Below are positions 12,601-26,415 of a stretch of 64,000 nucleotides of DNA, piece by piece. The notes below the pieces were generated by a model. That model was not told where the DNA came from. It saw only the letters and a list, made by a program, of their open reading frames with translations, and did no database searches. Within the stretch, counting starts at the first letter, position 1; every line of letters begins with the position of its first letter. A program made the translations under genes and the position numbers. The stretch comes from Paecilomyces variotii (Eukaryota): the NCBI GenBank assembly GCA_004022145.1, contig RCNU01000006.1, one strand, 5' to 3'.

Positions 12601-15600
12601 GCAAGGGCTAACTGGTTTTTGTGGCCTCGTGTATAGCTCTCCGCAATCTAGAGTATTATTGCAGGAACTTAGAGGGAATCTTCGATCGTCGTGGAGACAA
12701 GATAGACTGTTTAGTATTTACTGTCCTAGATGGAGATCTCTGCATAGACACAGACACGGACATTGTTGATTAACGTCTGACCCACGGGAAGAGAGGATTA
12801 CTCTATAAGTATAGATAGATACGCAGTACTTGTTGCATACTGTGATATATATAAATATAGATATAGATACTTTCGCGGCTTAATCGAGATTAACTTCTTC
12901 TTCTTCTTTTTTCTTCTTCTTCTTCTTCTTCTTCCTATTCCATTCTGGTATCATTATTCCATTTACTAGTCCTTTTTCCCCTCAACCTTCAGATTCCGTT
13001 CTCGTCCCAGGAACAAAACGGAGTTACTTGGTTAAATGTTAATCGACCACATGAGTTATACTAAGTAATGCGCTAATTTGATATCCGCTATATTAATCTC
13101 GAGTAATATGCTTTGCAGCAAGCGTTTTAGACTTACTTAATTCTTACACGGGTCTAATATTCGGTGTGTATAGACTATGTGGATATAAATTAGATGTAGT
13201 TATAGGGATTATAGATCACGGACTAGTCAGCATAGCACAGCATGGCATGGCATAGCATAGCATAATACAGGAGATTCATCCTAAATTGAACTGACTGAAC
13301 TAGCAAATACGCCCTGTTAATGCTAATTACTGTCCTATCCTTTTTTTTATCTAGTCACGGAGCGAGAGAAGATAAAGAGCAATTACCACCGGTTTTGCAA
13401 TAATTAGCCATTTTATATATGTTCTAGTTAGTGAGCGATTTTCATCTAATCTGCTAATAGCATGGGATAAATCATGTTAATATAGATGCACTACCTGCTC
13501 TTGCAGTGCGGAGGTAAGTAGCAACTGGCTGCGAGAGAAAGAGAAATAACGCAGTGTATAATCAATCGCGGTAACTTATTAAATATCTCCAATCGGTAAA
13601 GTGCGGTCTTAACTCCCAGGGAATATTCATTATCCAGAGTATATACAAGTAATTTGTTAGCACTCGCAGCTTCTGTAGAGACAAGCTGCAAACCTGCTAT
13701 AAGATACTGCTTTTATCCTATACAAATTCGGTAGTAGCTGCAACGGGAAGCTATCTAGATCCACCTCTATAGATTAAAAGCAGACGGAACTGGGACCATA
13801 GAATGGTTAAAACAGTGTTCGGTTCAATATTTAGTTAAGCTCCAGGCAGCTGCAATGTCAGGATTAGAGTCAGGGAGTATTAATAGCTAATAGATTTCAT
13901 TCACCTTTACTTCTCCAAACAATTAAGATTTTATTCCAGTTCTGAATGCTCCCTTCGGAATCTTTGCTTCTGTGATTCTAGATCTTAACAATATCCGATC
14001 TTTGGAGTGCGTATGTGTAGTTGAACTGGGTTCTTGCCGCTGGGAGACTATATTGCGAGTGGTTATAATATACTAGTAGCTATAACTAGTCTGGCTTTCA
14101 ATTCAGAGATATGTTTGATATCTAATATCGAAAATACCGTATATAGAAATGTTTGTTTACTCGTTAGTTATTCTTTATTTATACAGTCTTAACTAACTAG
14201 TTGCGAAGTTAATCTAAACCATAATAGAACGTGTAAGCTAACTCAGAAGGTCCGTTTCCTTGTTCTAGATAATTGGTTTTCCACCGGTTTGGTTACTTAG
14301 CTCTCTTCTTTTGCATCTAGAAGGCACAAGAAGAAGAAGAAGAAGAAGAAGAAGAAGAAGAAGAAGAAGATTCTGTTATATACATATGTCTATGTACCTA
14401 CCTGAACTTCGGAGAAGAGTCGTATGGATAAAAAAATACAATATGGTTATTTCTATTTCACTTGTAGAATTTTAGGAGATACTATATCTTATCGGAATAG
14501 ATCTACCATGTGAGATAACTAGATACAAGTCCAATGAGCCTTTCTTGGGAGTTCATTTTGACTTTGGGTAAGATTTACAAAGATCTCGCTCGAGGTCGGC
14601 GTCTGCAGACAGTCAAGCATAATATATTTGTCGGCGCTCACAGCTTATTTGGAGGCGAGCTGCAAACGGCTTGTACGACTCTGCTGAAAGAGAGGTAGGA
14701 TAAGCAACATGAAGCCACCTAAAGCCACCAATATAGGATCGAAGGAGACACGCCGGAATAAGCAATTGCTTATGATCAGTCGCGGAGGCAGTGCTTTAGC
14801 CAGCGGGTAATTAAGATGAAGTCTATAGGCATAAATAGCTGACAGATTCTGGTATCCTTTAGTTCTCTAAGCAATCTAATATCCATTCCCGGGATATATG
14901 CCTTTTCCAAGTCTTTGCTTCCGTGATCCTAGATCTCTACAATATTCTAGATCGGTAGCTCTGAACGGACTTATCACCGTATTCCTAATATGGAATCGAG
15001 TCTTCTACCGCGTGTCTCAACAAGATGCTCAGTCGGATGAATTATTCCAATAACAGTTCATCTCACTATACAATATACGCTGACTACCACTACCTCCTAC
15101 CTCAATCCCGCCGGGTAGACATCGTAAACGTATGTGTCTCGATCACGTAGGAAAATCGCTAAGTCAAGTGTTTGCGGGCCTGGTCAGATGGTAATCCTTC
15201 CAGTTACTTTACTGACCAGTAACTAGTAATTAGACAAGAAGTGAATTGAGTATGAAGAACTAAATACATCTACTGGGTGGAACGGACATCCGTATATATA
15301 TCTAGGTTCTCTGGTATATTCCTTGCTCTAGTATATCGTATACATTAGGTACCCTCCTGTCGATCTCACACCTGGTATACGCGCGTGTCCTCGTGTCATA
15401 ACGGGTGTGGTCACTTGCCAATAAAAACCTCATCTCATGCATGCGCTCTCCAAGATATATACAGACCATTTCCTCTTAGATACATTATAAAATTTAGCCA
15501 CACGTTGATATACCTTGACTAGACTACTTCCGAAATGGAGCTACGTCGAGAATTACTATAAACGTCGCAACGAACTTGGACGTTACTGCGAAAAACGACA
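3624..15600. promoter_or_regulatory. ~12 kb gene-free region upstream of flbC (probable extended regulatory/5' UTR region), rich in SSRs
   Basis: Only short low-complexity ORFs. Lies between the flbC start and the sec9 3' end. SSRs include (GA)n ~5148-5170, (AGTCA)n ~5825-5854, (CAG)n ~6943-6968, (TTC)n ~12894-12933 and (AGA)n ~14330-14370. Confidence 0.55.
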
Positions 15601-15667
15601 TCAGGATGAATGCACCGACTAGATGTATGATGGTATCGAGGTTTGAGCCTCATCCTGTCATTCCTTC

Positions 15668-15713
15668 CACTCAACCTGGCTGCTCACTCAACCTGGCGCT
15701 CACTCAACCTGGC
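15668..15713. repeat. Three tandem copies of a ~16-17 bp unit (GCT)CACTCAACCTGGC downstream of the sec9 stop
   Basis: cactcaacctggc-tgct-cactcaacctggc-gct-cactcaacctggc read directly from the sequence. Confidence 0.9.
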
Positions 15714-15878
15714 GCCCGCGTGGTAGTAAATTACCAAGGCTACTGCAGCTGCACAGTCGTATCCTATTAAAATACAGTGAAATAGAACGCCAACAACGCC
15801 GCGGTGAAGGGTGTATGAGCATGTCGTATGGGCATGCGTTGACCCCTGAATGTGGTATCATATGTACGATAGTGACAT

Positions 15879-17202
15879 CTAGCGGATCCGATCCAGTCTG
15901 GAGCGGTTCATGGCGATTTGATCGTCGACGTAATCGCTCTGAAAAGTAATTAGCATGTGTACGCCATAAGATGCTGTCCTGTAAGCTTACCTTGCCCGTA
16001 ATACGGTCCAAGTGGTTGTTCTGCTCCTCCAGTTCCCGACCAGTGGCACGGGCGAGTCCGTTCAAGCGGCCAGCAGCCCCCGCAAGGAGGTCCAAGTTCT
16101 GGTCAATCTCATCTTCCATTGCCTCGTCCTCGCTGTCGGCCTCGAACTGGTATTTGGCCCGCTCGGTCATGTTCTTTTTGCCCCCGACTGATGGCTTGAC
16201 GGCCTCTCGCTCAATCTCTCGGAATGTGCGCTCCATACGCTGGTTCGTGCGGAAAGCCTCTTGTCGAGTGCCCTCGCGCGTTGCACGTTCCGCTCGGTGT
16301 GTGCTCAGAATCTTCTCGTCCCGCTCGCGGCGCCGGGCGTTCTTGGTGAACGGATTCGAGACGTGGACGGCGAACATGCTCCCGTTGAGCGTCTTCAGCT
16401 CTCGAGCCTTCTCCTCTGCAATACGGTTCTGACTGGCCGCAACATCCAAGTTCTTCTCCGTGTCGTGGATCCGTTCACCTTGAGCACCCAAACGAGCCAG
16501 AGTGGCCCGTCCAGTCTCCTCGGCCATGGCGGCAACGCGGAGGGCGTTTCGTGTCGAAGCCACATCACCCTGCTTGACGAAGCGCATCTCCTGCTTGATA
16601 GTCTGAATCTCCTCCTCTTCTTCCTCCTCCGCCGTCAGATGTCGCTCCTGATAGGTGCTGGTGTCGTAATCTCCGCCGCCAACACCGCCAGCACCGCCAA
16701 CACCGCCATTCCCGGCCTGACTATATGGCGGAGGCGCACCGCTTGGCAGTCTCTGCGCTCTCGCTGACGCATCTCCAAAGAGCGCATCTCTGTTTCCATC
16801 GCTAGGATCATTCGGATCGCCTCCTAGTCCTCCGTAACCACCAGGGCCGTATCGGGAGCCGGAACCACCACCACCACCACCGCCGCCGAATCGATCGCCT
16901 CCATATCCGCTCTGGGCACCAAAGCGATTGGGTGCATATCCACCTTGCTGGTTTGGTACGGGGCCTGCCTTCTCGTTCACCGGGCCACCAGGGCCACCAG
17001 GGGGAGGAGGACCGTTGAAGTTCTCGGGCACAGGAGCCGCTCCAGCCAAGACCTTGGCCTTTGTGTAGGCGTCGATAGGAATCGGCTGAGCGTAGGGGTT
17101 GGCAGGAGGCTGCGGACTCTTGTTCTTCGATCTCGAGCCAAAGAGGGCCCGTCTGTTGCCATCGTCATCTCCGTCGGATTTCTTGAGGCCGAATCTCCCC
17201 AT
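15879..17202 (-). CDS. sec9: Plasma-membrane t-SNARE Sec9 (SNAP-25 family, Qbc), ~423 aa; exons 17202-15991, 15938-15879
   Basis: Gly/Pro-rich N-terminus, then two SNARE motifs (TRNALRVAAMAEETGRATLARLGAQGERI; EDEIDQNLDLLAGAAGRLNGLARATGRELEEQNNHLDRI). GTAAGC...CTAAT...TTTCAG intron gives C-terminus SDYVDDQIAMNRSRLDRIR*. Confidence 0.93.
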
Positions 17203-17667
17203 TGTGACAGCAAGCGGCGAACGCGAACAGGACGGAGGGAGACAGAGAGGAAACAAGGTCACAAGAGGAGAATACAGAGGAGAATAGTGAATAAATGGAC
17301 AGAAGAGAGACGAAAGAGAAGAGCACGATTAGGGGGTCGGTAGATGTCTTAAGATAGATATCGCAGCTCCTTACTAGTAAGACATGGCGGAGTCCAAGAG
17401 TCGAGGCCGGGCTGTAAGTCTGATACGCGGCCAAAACGCAAGCACATTGCGGTGCAACACCGCGCGGCGTCACGACGAGACGGTATCGATACACAGATAC
17501 CGCGGCGCAGGGTGGCAGTGTTTCAGCTAGGCCGGATGCGGCTAGGGCCACGTGCCCCGTCCGATCGCACAGCAAAACGGCCAACCAACTCCAACCAACT
17601 CGAGTCTCACTCCAAACACCGAGACATCTGCTGCCTGACCAGAGCTGAAAGATGCTCCATGGCAGCC
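17203..17667. promoter_or_regulatory. Shared divergent promoter/5' UTR interval of sec9 and vps33
   Basis: Head-to-head start codons ~465 bp apart, with a CG-rich core (CACCGCGCGGCGTCACGACG at ~17458-17477). Confidence 0.6.
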
Positions 17668-20007
17668 ATGGCCCCTCGTCCTGGGTCTGATGCTGATTAT
17701 ATCCGAGACAAGGCCCGGAGGGACCTTCTCGACCTCCTCGAAGGCGTGAGTAAGGCTGCTGCTCCCGTTCCTGCGATCGACCAACCATCCCGTGCCCATG
17801 CTAACCGCTATACAGGTCCGGGGTAAGAAGAATCTAGTTATAAGCAAAGACCTGGCTGGTCCGGTCGGCCTGTTTGTCAAGTTCTCCGTTCTTCAGGAAT
17901 ATGGCGTAGACCGCGTGTTTTTGCTCGAGAATGCCAATGTCGACTCCTCCCAACGCAATGTGGTCTTTTTAATACACGCAGAGAAGGCGCATCAGGTGCA
18001 GAAGACAGCCGGTATGCCCAATTGTTCCTATCGCAGACTCTGTCCTGCCTCGTAGTCCACTCATCCTCTCCATCTTCAATGGGACTTTAAGTAGATTACG
18101 CAGATGCTTTCCTACTCTACGTAGTCAGTCAAGTTCCCTAGATCAATTCTAAGAATTGAATCACAGCACATCCCTATGGCTTTCTTCCTATATTCCTCTC
18201 AGGCTGAGAGCCATCAGTATGGGCTGACATTCATCTAGAGCAGGTCAAAAAGCTGCAGCGCAATGGCACCGTCGAGCACGAGTTCTCCATTTTCTGGGTA
18301 CCGCGAAGAACCCTCGTCAGTAACAAGATCCTTGAGGAGGAAGGTATAATCGGCGATGTGAATATCGCTGAATTCCCCTTGTACTTTCTGCCTCTGGAGC
18401 AGGATGTGCTCTCGCTGGAGCTGGAAGACTCTTTCAGCGATCTGTATCTGGTTGGTGCCTCTCCTTCCACAATACTCTACCCATCGATCATTAGCTAAGT
18501 GGATATCCAGCACAAGGATCCAGGCTGTGTATTCTTAGCGGCGAAAGCTCTTATGCAGATCCAGCAGAGACATGGCTTCTTCCCGCGCATTGTAGGCAAG
18601 GGCGATAATGCCAGACGCCTAGCAGATCTCTTGCTCCGTATGAGACGTGAGCTAGATGCCGAAGAGTCTTCTGGTCTTAACGATCCCTCTGCAAGGGGAC
18701 TTCTGCCCAGTGCCACGATCGATAACCTGATCATTATCGATCGAGAAGTGGACTTTGGCTCCGTTCTACTGACACAGCTCACGTATGAAGGATTAATAGA
18801 CGAGTTCGTCGGCATTAAGAATAATCAGGCTGATATTGACTCCGCCATAGTCGGTGCTGCACCGCTTCAATCAGCGCAGGCTTCAAGCTCGGCTGCTCCT
18901 CAGCCAGCACCAAAGCCAGGCACCAAACGAAAAATCCAGCTGGACTCCACAGACCAACTGTTCAACCAGCTGAGAGACGCCAATTTCGCGATAGTGGGCG
19001 ATATACTCAACAGGGTAGCACGCCGTCTGGAAAGCGACTACGAAAGTCGTCATGCAGCGAAAACAACTCACGAGCTTCGCGACTTTGTGAATAAGTTGCC
19101 GGCGTATCAGCAAGAACACCAAAGCCTCAAGATTCATACTAATCTTGCCGAAGACATTATGCGGCAGACGCGCTCAGATATCTTTAGAAAAATACTTGAG
19201 GTGCAGCAGAACAATGCTGCCGGCTCGGATCCTACATATTATCATGAGACTATCGAGGAGCTTATCGCGAGAGACGTCCCGCTAAAGACTATTCTGCGAC
19301 TGCTGTGTCTAGAGTCCTGTATGTCTGGCGGTCTCCGATCAAAAGACCTTGAGAACTTCAAGAGGGAGATCCTACAAGCTTATGGCTACCAACATCTGCT
19401 AACGTTCCGTGCCCTGGAGAAGATGGAGCTTCTTCAGCCACGCTCTTCCGCAACTGCCATGCTAATCCCGACAGGTGGCGCGCAAACTGGTTCCAAAACG
19501 AACTACAGCTACCTCCGAAAGAACCTGCGTCTTGTAGTCGAAGAAGTAAGCGAGCAGAATCCCGAAGATATATCCTATGTATACAGCGGCTTTGCGCCTC
19601 TCAGTATCCGACTGGTCCAATGCGTGCTGCAGAAGCCATATATTGCTTCGCTTATTAAGGGGGGCCCAACGCCGGCTGCTGTGAATACTGCCAGCACTGC
19701 TTCACCCGGCTGGCTCGGATTTGAGGATGTGGTGAAAAGTGCCCGCGGCTCCACCTTCAGCATAGTCCAAAAGGGCGACGACAAAGCCGTTCGTGCGCGA
19801 CAGACTCTCAGTGGCAACGACGCGGTGAAGACCGTGTACGTCTTCTTCCTGGGTGGCATCACTTTTACAGAAATTGCTGCCCTGCGATTCATTGCTCGCC
19901 AGGAAGCGCAGAGAAGAAAGATCATCATCTGCACCACGAGCATCATCAGCGGAGACAGAATGATGGAGGCGGCAATTGAGACGCGGGACTTTGCGAAAAC
20001 AGCATAG
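17668..20007 (+). CDS. vps33: Sec1/Munc18-family vacuolar sorting protein Vps33 (HOPS/CORVET), ~660 aa; exons 17668-17745, 17816-18011, 18239-18450, 18511-20007
   Basis: MAPRPGSDADYIRDKARRDLLDLLEGVRGKKNLVI..., LIIIDREVDFGSVLLTQLTYEGLIDE, DISYVYSGFAPLSIRL, VFFLGGITFTEIAALR. Three GT-AG introns join in frame (1983 nt). An in-frame ATG also exists at 17659. Confidence 0.93.
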
Positions 20008-20159
20008 CGTAATCCTGCTGTTTGTGATGACTATACATGTTTGGAGCTTATCGTTTGTGATGAATGCCGTCGTTCTAGCGAATTGACTATCAACGAAGGT
20101 TTCATGATTCAATATCTCAATAAATACTAGAAGCAGAGCCACACATCATTTTGCCGTAC

Positions 20160-20690
20160 CTTGATCGGTAAAGAACCGGGAGTATATTGTCTTGTCTGCC
20201 TTTCCTAGCAGTGTTGTAGGGGAGGCCCTAGAAGACGTATTATCTGGGCAAGGTGCGCCTCACGGAGTACTCGTTGTATTCCAGGTCTCTGCCATTGAGG
20301 GTCTTCTCCGCGAGAAGGTGTCATAGTTGCGAGAGAAGGATCTATTAGTGTCTGATAATATAGCAGTATATTGACAGCGTTAGCACATCCCGGAGATTCC
20401 ATATATCAGCACTATAACTCGATATCTCCTTGGAAAGAACCTCAAGAGCGCCACATGCCACATGCCAGAGGTTGGATATTGTGGTTACGTGGTATAGAAT
20501 CGTCATCAAAAACTGGCGGACTAAAATCGCTAATTCTCAGCCACCCTACACCAGCATTCACAGGTCCACAGTCAGGGTTGTAGCTAGTTTCGACTATTGT
20601 GTCCTTGTCCGGATATGTTTGTCTGCAAGAGTTTTGTTCAGAAAAGAAGTTCTTGTCGTCCAATGGGAAAATTGTCCAGTCTAGTTGAGA
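20160..20690 (-). pseudogene. Degraded SRPK-like (CMGC) protein kinase pseudogene, C-lobe fragment
   Basis: Minus-strand frames give LRISDFS (DFG-like), NHNIQPLA, then after a frameshift ALEVL...SYSADIWNL (APE and subdomain IX), EAHLAQIIRLLGPP and ADKTIYSRFFTDQG followed by a GT donor. Frameshifts and stops are present and no N-lobe is recognisable. Confidence 0.75.
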
Positions 20691-20930
20691 TAGTTCAACG
20701 TCGCAGTGGATGCATTATTCTCTGACAACGTACTCTGTGATCTCACATGTCAGATATCCCATTCACAGTCATATTATGTCATATAGGATGAAAATTATAT
20801 ACAATATTGAGGCGACCGTATAATGGGATGGCTCGTGAGTCTCGGGGGTATGCCCCGACCCCAAATTGTGAATGGACAAATGAAGCCAATAATAACATTG
20901 AAGACGTAAAGTCTTCACCTAATGGCGACT

Positions 20931-22382
20931 CTATTGACTGATCGCGTCCCGACAGCGGTCTATACCAAGCTGGTTGACCAAGAACTCGTTGACGAACTGA
21001 CAGTTGGGGTCCTGCTGTTCCTGGAACTTCAAAAACTCGGGCAGCTTCGGGAAGGCGAACAAGGTATGTTTGGGGTCATTTGGCGACATCTTGTTCCAGT
21101 GGGCACGAGCATTGAGTTCGTAGCCGAATTTATCCATGAACTCAAGAGCGAATCCCTGGTTGTTCCACAGCGTAGTGAAGTTGTTGACGGACTGAATCCA
21201 GTCAATCTCCAGAACACCAAATACGCCGCTGTTTTGAGGGCCCAAGTTGTATGTGTTAACGGGAGACATGTATGCGTCGTCGCCCTTCAAGATACGATAC
21301 TGGAAAATCATCTCCTGGTTGTCAAAGCCCTTCATCCTCGGAGTCTGGGATTGCTGGAACTTGGTATAGTTGACTGCGACGTCCATGAAGTTCTCAAATG
21401 GCCAGAAATGCTCGATCTCAGCGTAGAATTCACGGCTGCACACACCCTGTGGAGGAGCAGAGGTGGCGTCACTGACCTCATCGTAGCAGATGTAATCTTT
21501 GATACATTCACCACAGCCGTTGGCACAGTAGTTCAGCGTACAGTTGCGGACTCCAGTGTAATTTGTTGGCTCCCACCAGCTGGCAAAGAAAGTAGGTTCG
21601 ATGACCCAGTCTTGAGCTTCACTATCCCAGTCGAAGTGGGGACCCCAGACAGTCATACGGTCGTGCTTCTTGTACAGGTCGGCGATTTCGGTATACAACT
21701 GGGTGTAGTTGGTCGTGGCGTTCAGCACAGTGGTCGTTTTCTTTAGGAGATATGTCGGTTGGACCTTGAATGTCAACTCGGTAATCAGACCGAGAGCACC
21801 AATGGAGACCCGGAATGCTTTCAGCTCCTCAGGGTTGTTCCATTCATTGATCACTTTGATATTACCCCTCGCATCGACGATGCGGAGACCGACCACCTGG
21901 CTAGCCATGTTGTCGACATACCGTCCGGTACCGTGAGTGCCAGTGCTGACAGCCCCAACGAAGTTCTGGACCCGTTCAGCACCGAGGTGGTTGAAGGACA
22001 AGCCATGCTCCTTGAGCACGTTGATAATATCGTAGACGTCCCAACCGGCACCGATAGTGACTGTCATATTCTTCTTGTTGATCTCAAGAGACTTCAAGTT
22101 CGCAAGGTTCACAATGTACGAAGTCTTGTTCGTGAGAGATTGGTCAACGCATGTAGTAAGGTTGCCAAATCCATGACCGTTTCCAACAACTTTGATATGA
22201 GATTGTTTAGGGAACTCATTCTTCAGGAATTCCACAACACCAGCCTCATCCGCGGGAGTGATGAGCTTTTCAGCTTCACAAGTCACTTCATATTGCCAGT
22301 TGTACCAACGGTATGCCGAACCGAATACTGCGTGCAGCAATACCAGTAGGAGGGGCAACCGCATACCGACGAGGGAAACCAT
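20931..22382 (-). CDS. Secreted FAD-linked aldonolactone oxidase (VAO/GULO/ALO family), probable D-gluconolactone oxidase (erythorbate-forming), 483 aa, intronless
   Basis: Signal peptide MVSLVGMRLPLLLVLLHAVFGSA, then YRWYNWQ. FAD-attachment His motif KVVGNGHGF, GAVSTGTHG, SIGALGLITELT, C-terminal HWxK motif (ARAHWNK) and several N-glycosylation sequons. From memory it closely resembles the secreted Penicillium gluconolactone oxidase (not checked by search). Confidence 0.85.
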   Translation of the reverse strand: MVSLVGMRLPLLLVLLHAVFGSAYRWYNWQYEVTCEAEKLITPADEAGVVEFLKNEFPKQSHIKVVGNGHGFGNLTTCVDQSLTNKTSYIVNLANLKSLEINKKNMTVTIGAGWDVYDIINVLKEHGLSFNHLGAERVQNFVGAVSTGTHGTGRYVDNMASQVVGLRIVDARGNIKVINEWNNPEELKAFRVSIGALGLITELTFKVQPTYLLKKTTTVLNATTNYTQLYTEIADLYKKHDRMTVWGPHFDWDSEAQDWVIEPTFFASWWEPTNYTGVRNCTLNYCANGCGECIKDYICYDEVSDATSAPPQGVCSREFYAEIEHFWPFENFMDVAVNYTKFQQSQTPRMKGFDNQEMIFQYRILKGDDAYMSPVNTYNLGPQNSGVFGVLEIDWIQSVNNFTTLWNNQGFALEFMDKFGYELNARAHWNKMSPNDPKHTLFAFPKLPEFLKFQEQQDPNCQFVNEFLVNQLGIDRCRDAISQ

Positions 22383-23450
22383 TTTCTCGATGACGTCTGT
22401 AAGACATTTCAGTTAGCTGGATCTTAAAATATCTTGACTAGGATCTGTTAACCTTTGCCCCGGGACTTTATCTGATTAGGTGCTTCGACCTCGGGATGGT
22501 AAGATGCCTAGAGAGATCTTATCAAAGAGAGAAGGACGCAATATATAAACATTGTACTCAATGGTTTCCGGATGCCGTCCGATAACATTTCGTCTGAGCA
22601 CACAGAAGGTATCTGCAGGAAATATCCCACCACCCCCCACTGAGAGACTATTTTCACGTTGTCCACGGGAAAGAAATGGCTCGTGGCTGCGTCTTTCGGA
22701 CCCATTCCTGCCGGTCTCGGCTCACCGAGTGGGATGTGTCTTCGTTTATTGCTCCAAAAGAAGTGCGTACCGGGCCGATCAGGAAGTCAATGGAGGAACC
22801 CGACTTGGTACTGGGTTCGGAGGCTACGTTGTTGAGTTGGCCTGTGTACACGATCTGATAAGATCTACACAGGCCGTTGATCGACACGGCACGACTAAGT
22901 ATGGAGTACAAGCTTTTCCGGCGGCCTCCACTCGCAATGCAGTGGCCCGAGATTAGATTGACACGGAAGATCAAAAGAAAAAGAAAAAAGTCTAACTGAA
23001 CCCGTATCTTTAAATGGGATCAGCGCGATTTATACCAGTAAACGTATGGGTGTTAGCTTAAATCGGTGGCTTTATGTTTCCTTTTGTCACTGGTTCCGCT
23101 TGTGGAGTTTGTGCCTTTTCTATCGATTTCACATGGAGTCGGTAACGGCGGTAATGTAAGTATATTGCGATCTCCAAGTTAACTTAGTGGGGAAAGGTAT
23201 GAAAATATACGAACAAGAAACTCCCAACGGTGCCCGGATTCTTCCGGTGAGTGCCGTTTTTGAGAGATAGGTGCATAAGATACAAACTACTTATGATGCC
23301 TAGTCAAACTACTCTAACCCTCGACAGGACACCAAGTACGGAGAAAACCTCCAGCTATCAGTATTTATGATTGTTCGACCGGAGGAAAGTTGCCTAATCT
23401 GAATAGCCAGGGAAAAGAAAGACAAAAAAAGCCAAACACAGAACAAGACC

Positions 23451-25295
<1,845 letters not shown>

Positions 25296-25356
25296 TCAAT
25301 CCTAGGACATGGAAGAATAATTCAAGATAGCATTACAAGTCCTGATAAGTGTCATA

Positions 25357-25364
25357 TTTATATA
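25357..25364 (-). promoter_or_regulatory. Candidate TATA box of the glucose oxidase gene
   Basis: TATATAAA on the minus strand ~90 bp upstream of the ATG at 25268. Confidence 0.5.
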
Positions 25365-26415
25365 CCGCTCAAGTTGATCTCCTGTTGATTTTCAGTATGT
25401 TTTGATGGAACGGTACTAGTACTGAAGTGTTACCTCTCTACATGTCAGTGCAGTTTAACTTTCGCCATCTCTAAGGGAACTTTGATGGTGGGCTAAAGTT
25501 TCTCGCATTGTCGTATACGAAAAAGGAATTTGGACTATCCACATACGAGACTTTTTCGAAAGACCCAAGGACATGAAAGAATGCCATTGGTTGATAGTTT
25601 TAACAGTGGAAGCAGATGGTCAAGTCAAAGACAGGAACAATAAAACGACGTAAGTCCACATCCCGCAATTACGCACGGTTCAGTATACTCCGGTAATGGA
25701 TTCGAACTCAAATTTTCTGACAGTCGAAAGCCATGTGCTGTAGATCACTGGGGCATTAACTCACCGAAAACACGGCAAGCAAGTGGAGTTGTCCTCTGCA
25801 GCGGGATCTTTCGCTGCATCTTCCTTAATAGAGTATATCTTATCTGATCGGCCACATCAGTTCTATGGAATGGAATTCTTAGTCTCTTCCTCATCTAGAA
25901 GACGAAACGTCATGTCACAGCCCCATAAAAATTTAGCTTCTTTTTAATTTTGTATCCCCTTGACAGACATAGTAATAGCCCCGTTTAACCAATGTGGAAC
26001 ATACAGAACGCGAACATGTTGTAGGCGTAAAAACCTAAGGCCTATTGCCTAGTTAGAAGGGCACATGGGTCATATCAAGGGTCTCCTCCGTTTTCGGACC
26101 AGTATTCTAATCAGCATACTGAAGACTGAGTAGAATGCAAAAGACGAATCCTAGGAGATATAACTTCAAATATTCACCGGAAGAGAACTTGTCCCCTTTA
26201 TAGAATTTCAACCTGTTTTCTTGTATGACTTATAGAGTGTCACTTTCGTTTAAATGGCCGTCAATAATATGTGGTTAACATAATGTCACCTGGAAATTCT
26301 GATCTGTAAATCGACTTCGTGTACGCATGTCAACGCTGCATGCAACGAGCGACCTGGACTGAGCTTGCATACTTAGTGAAGACTAGCTCGAAGCTAATTC
26401 TTACCTTGCACCTGC

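Noticed and set aside
15668-15713. CRISPR-like repeat
   Set aside because: Eukaryotic context, only three short units with 3-4 bp between them and no spacers; a simple minisatellite.
15700-17262. 520-aa ORF taken as the Sec9 protein
   Set aside because: It uses a non-ATG upstream start and reads through the last intron. The spliced 423-aa model completes the second SNARE motif.
20922-22349. 274-aa and 196-aa + strand ORFs
   Set aside because: Antisense shadows of the lactone oxidase gene caused by its codon bias; no recognisable motifs.
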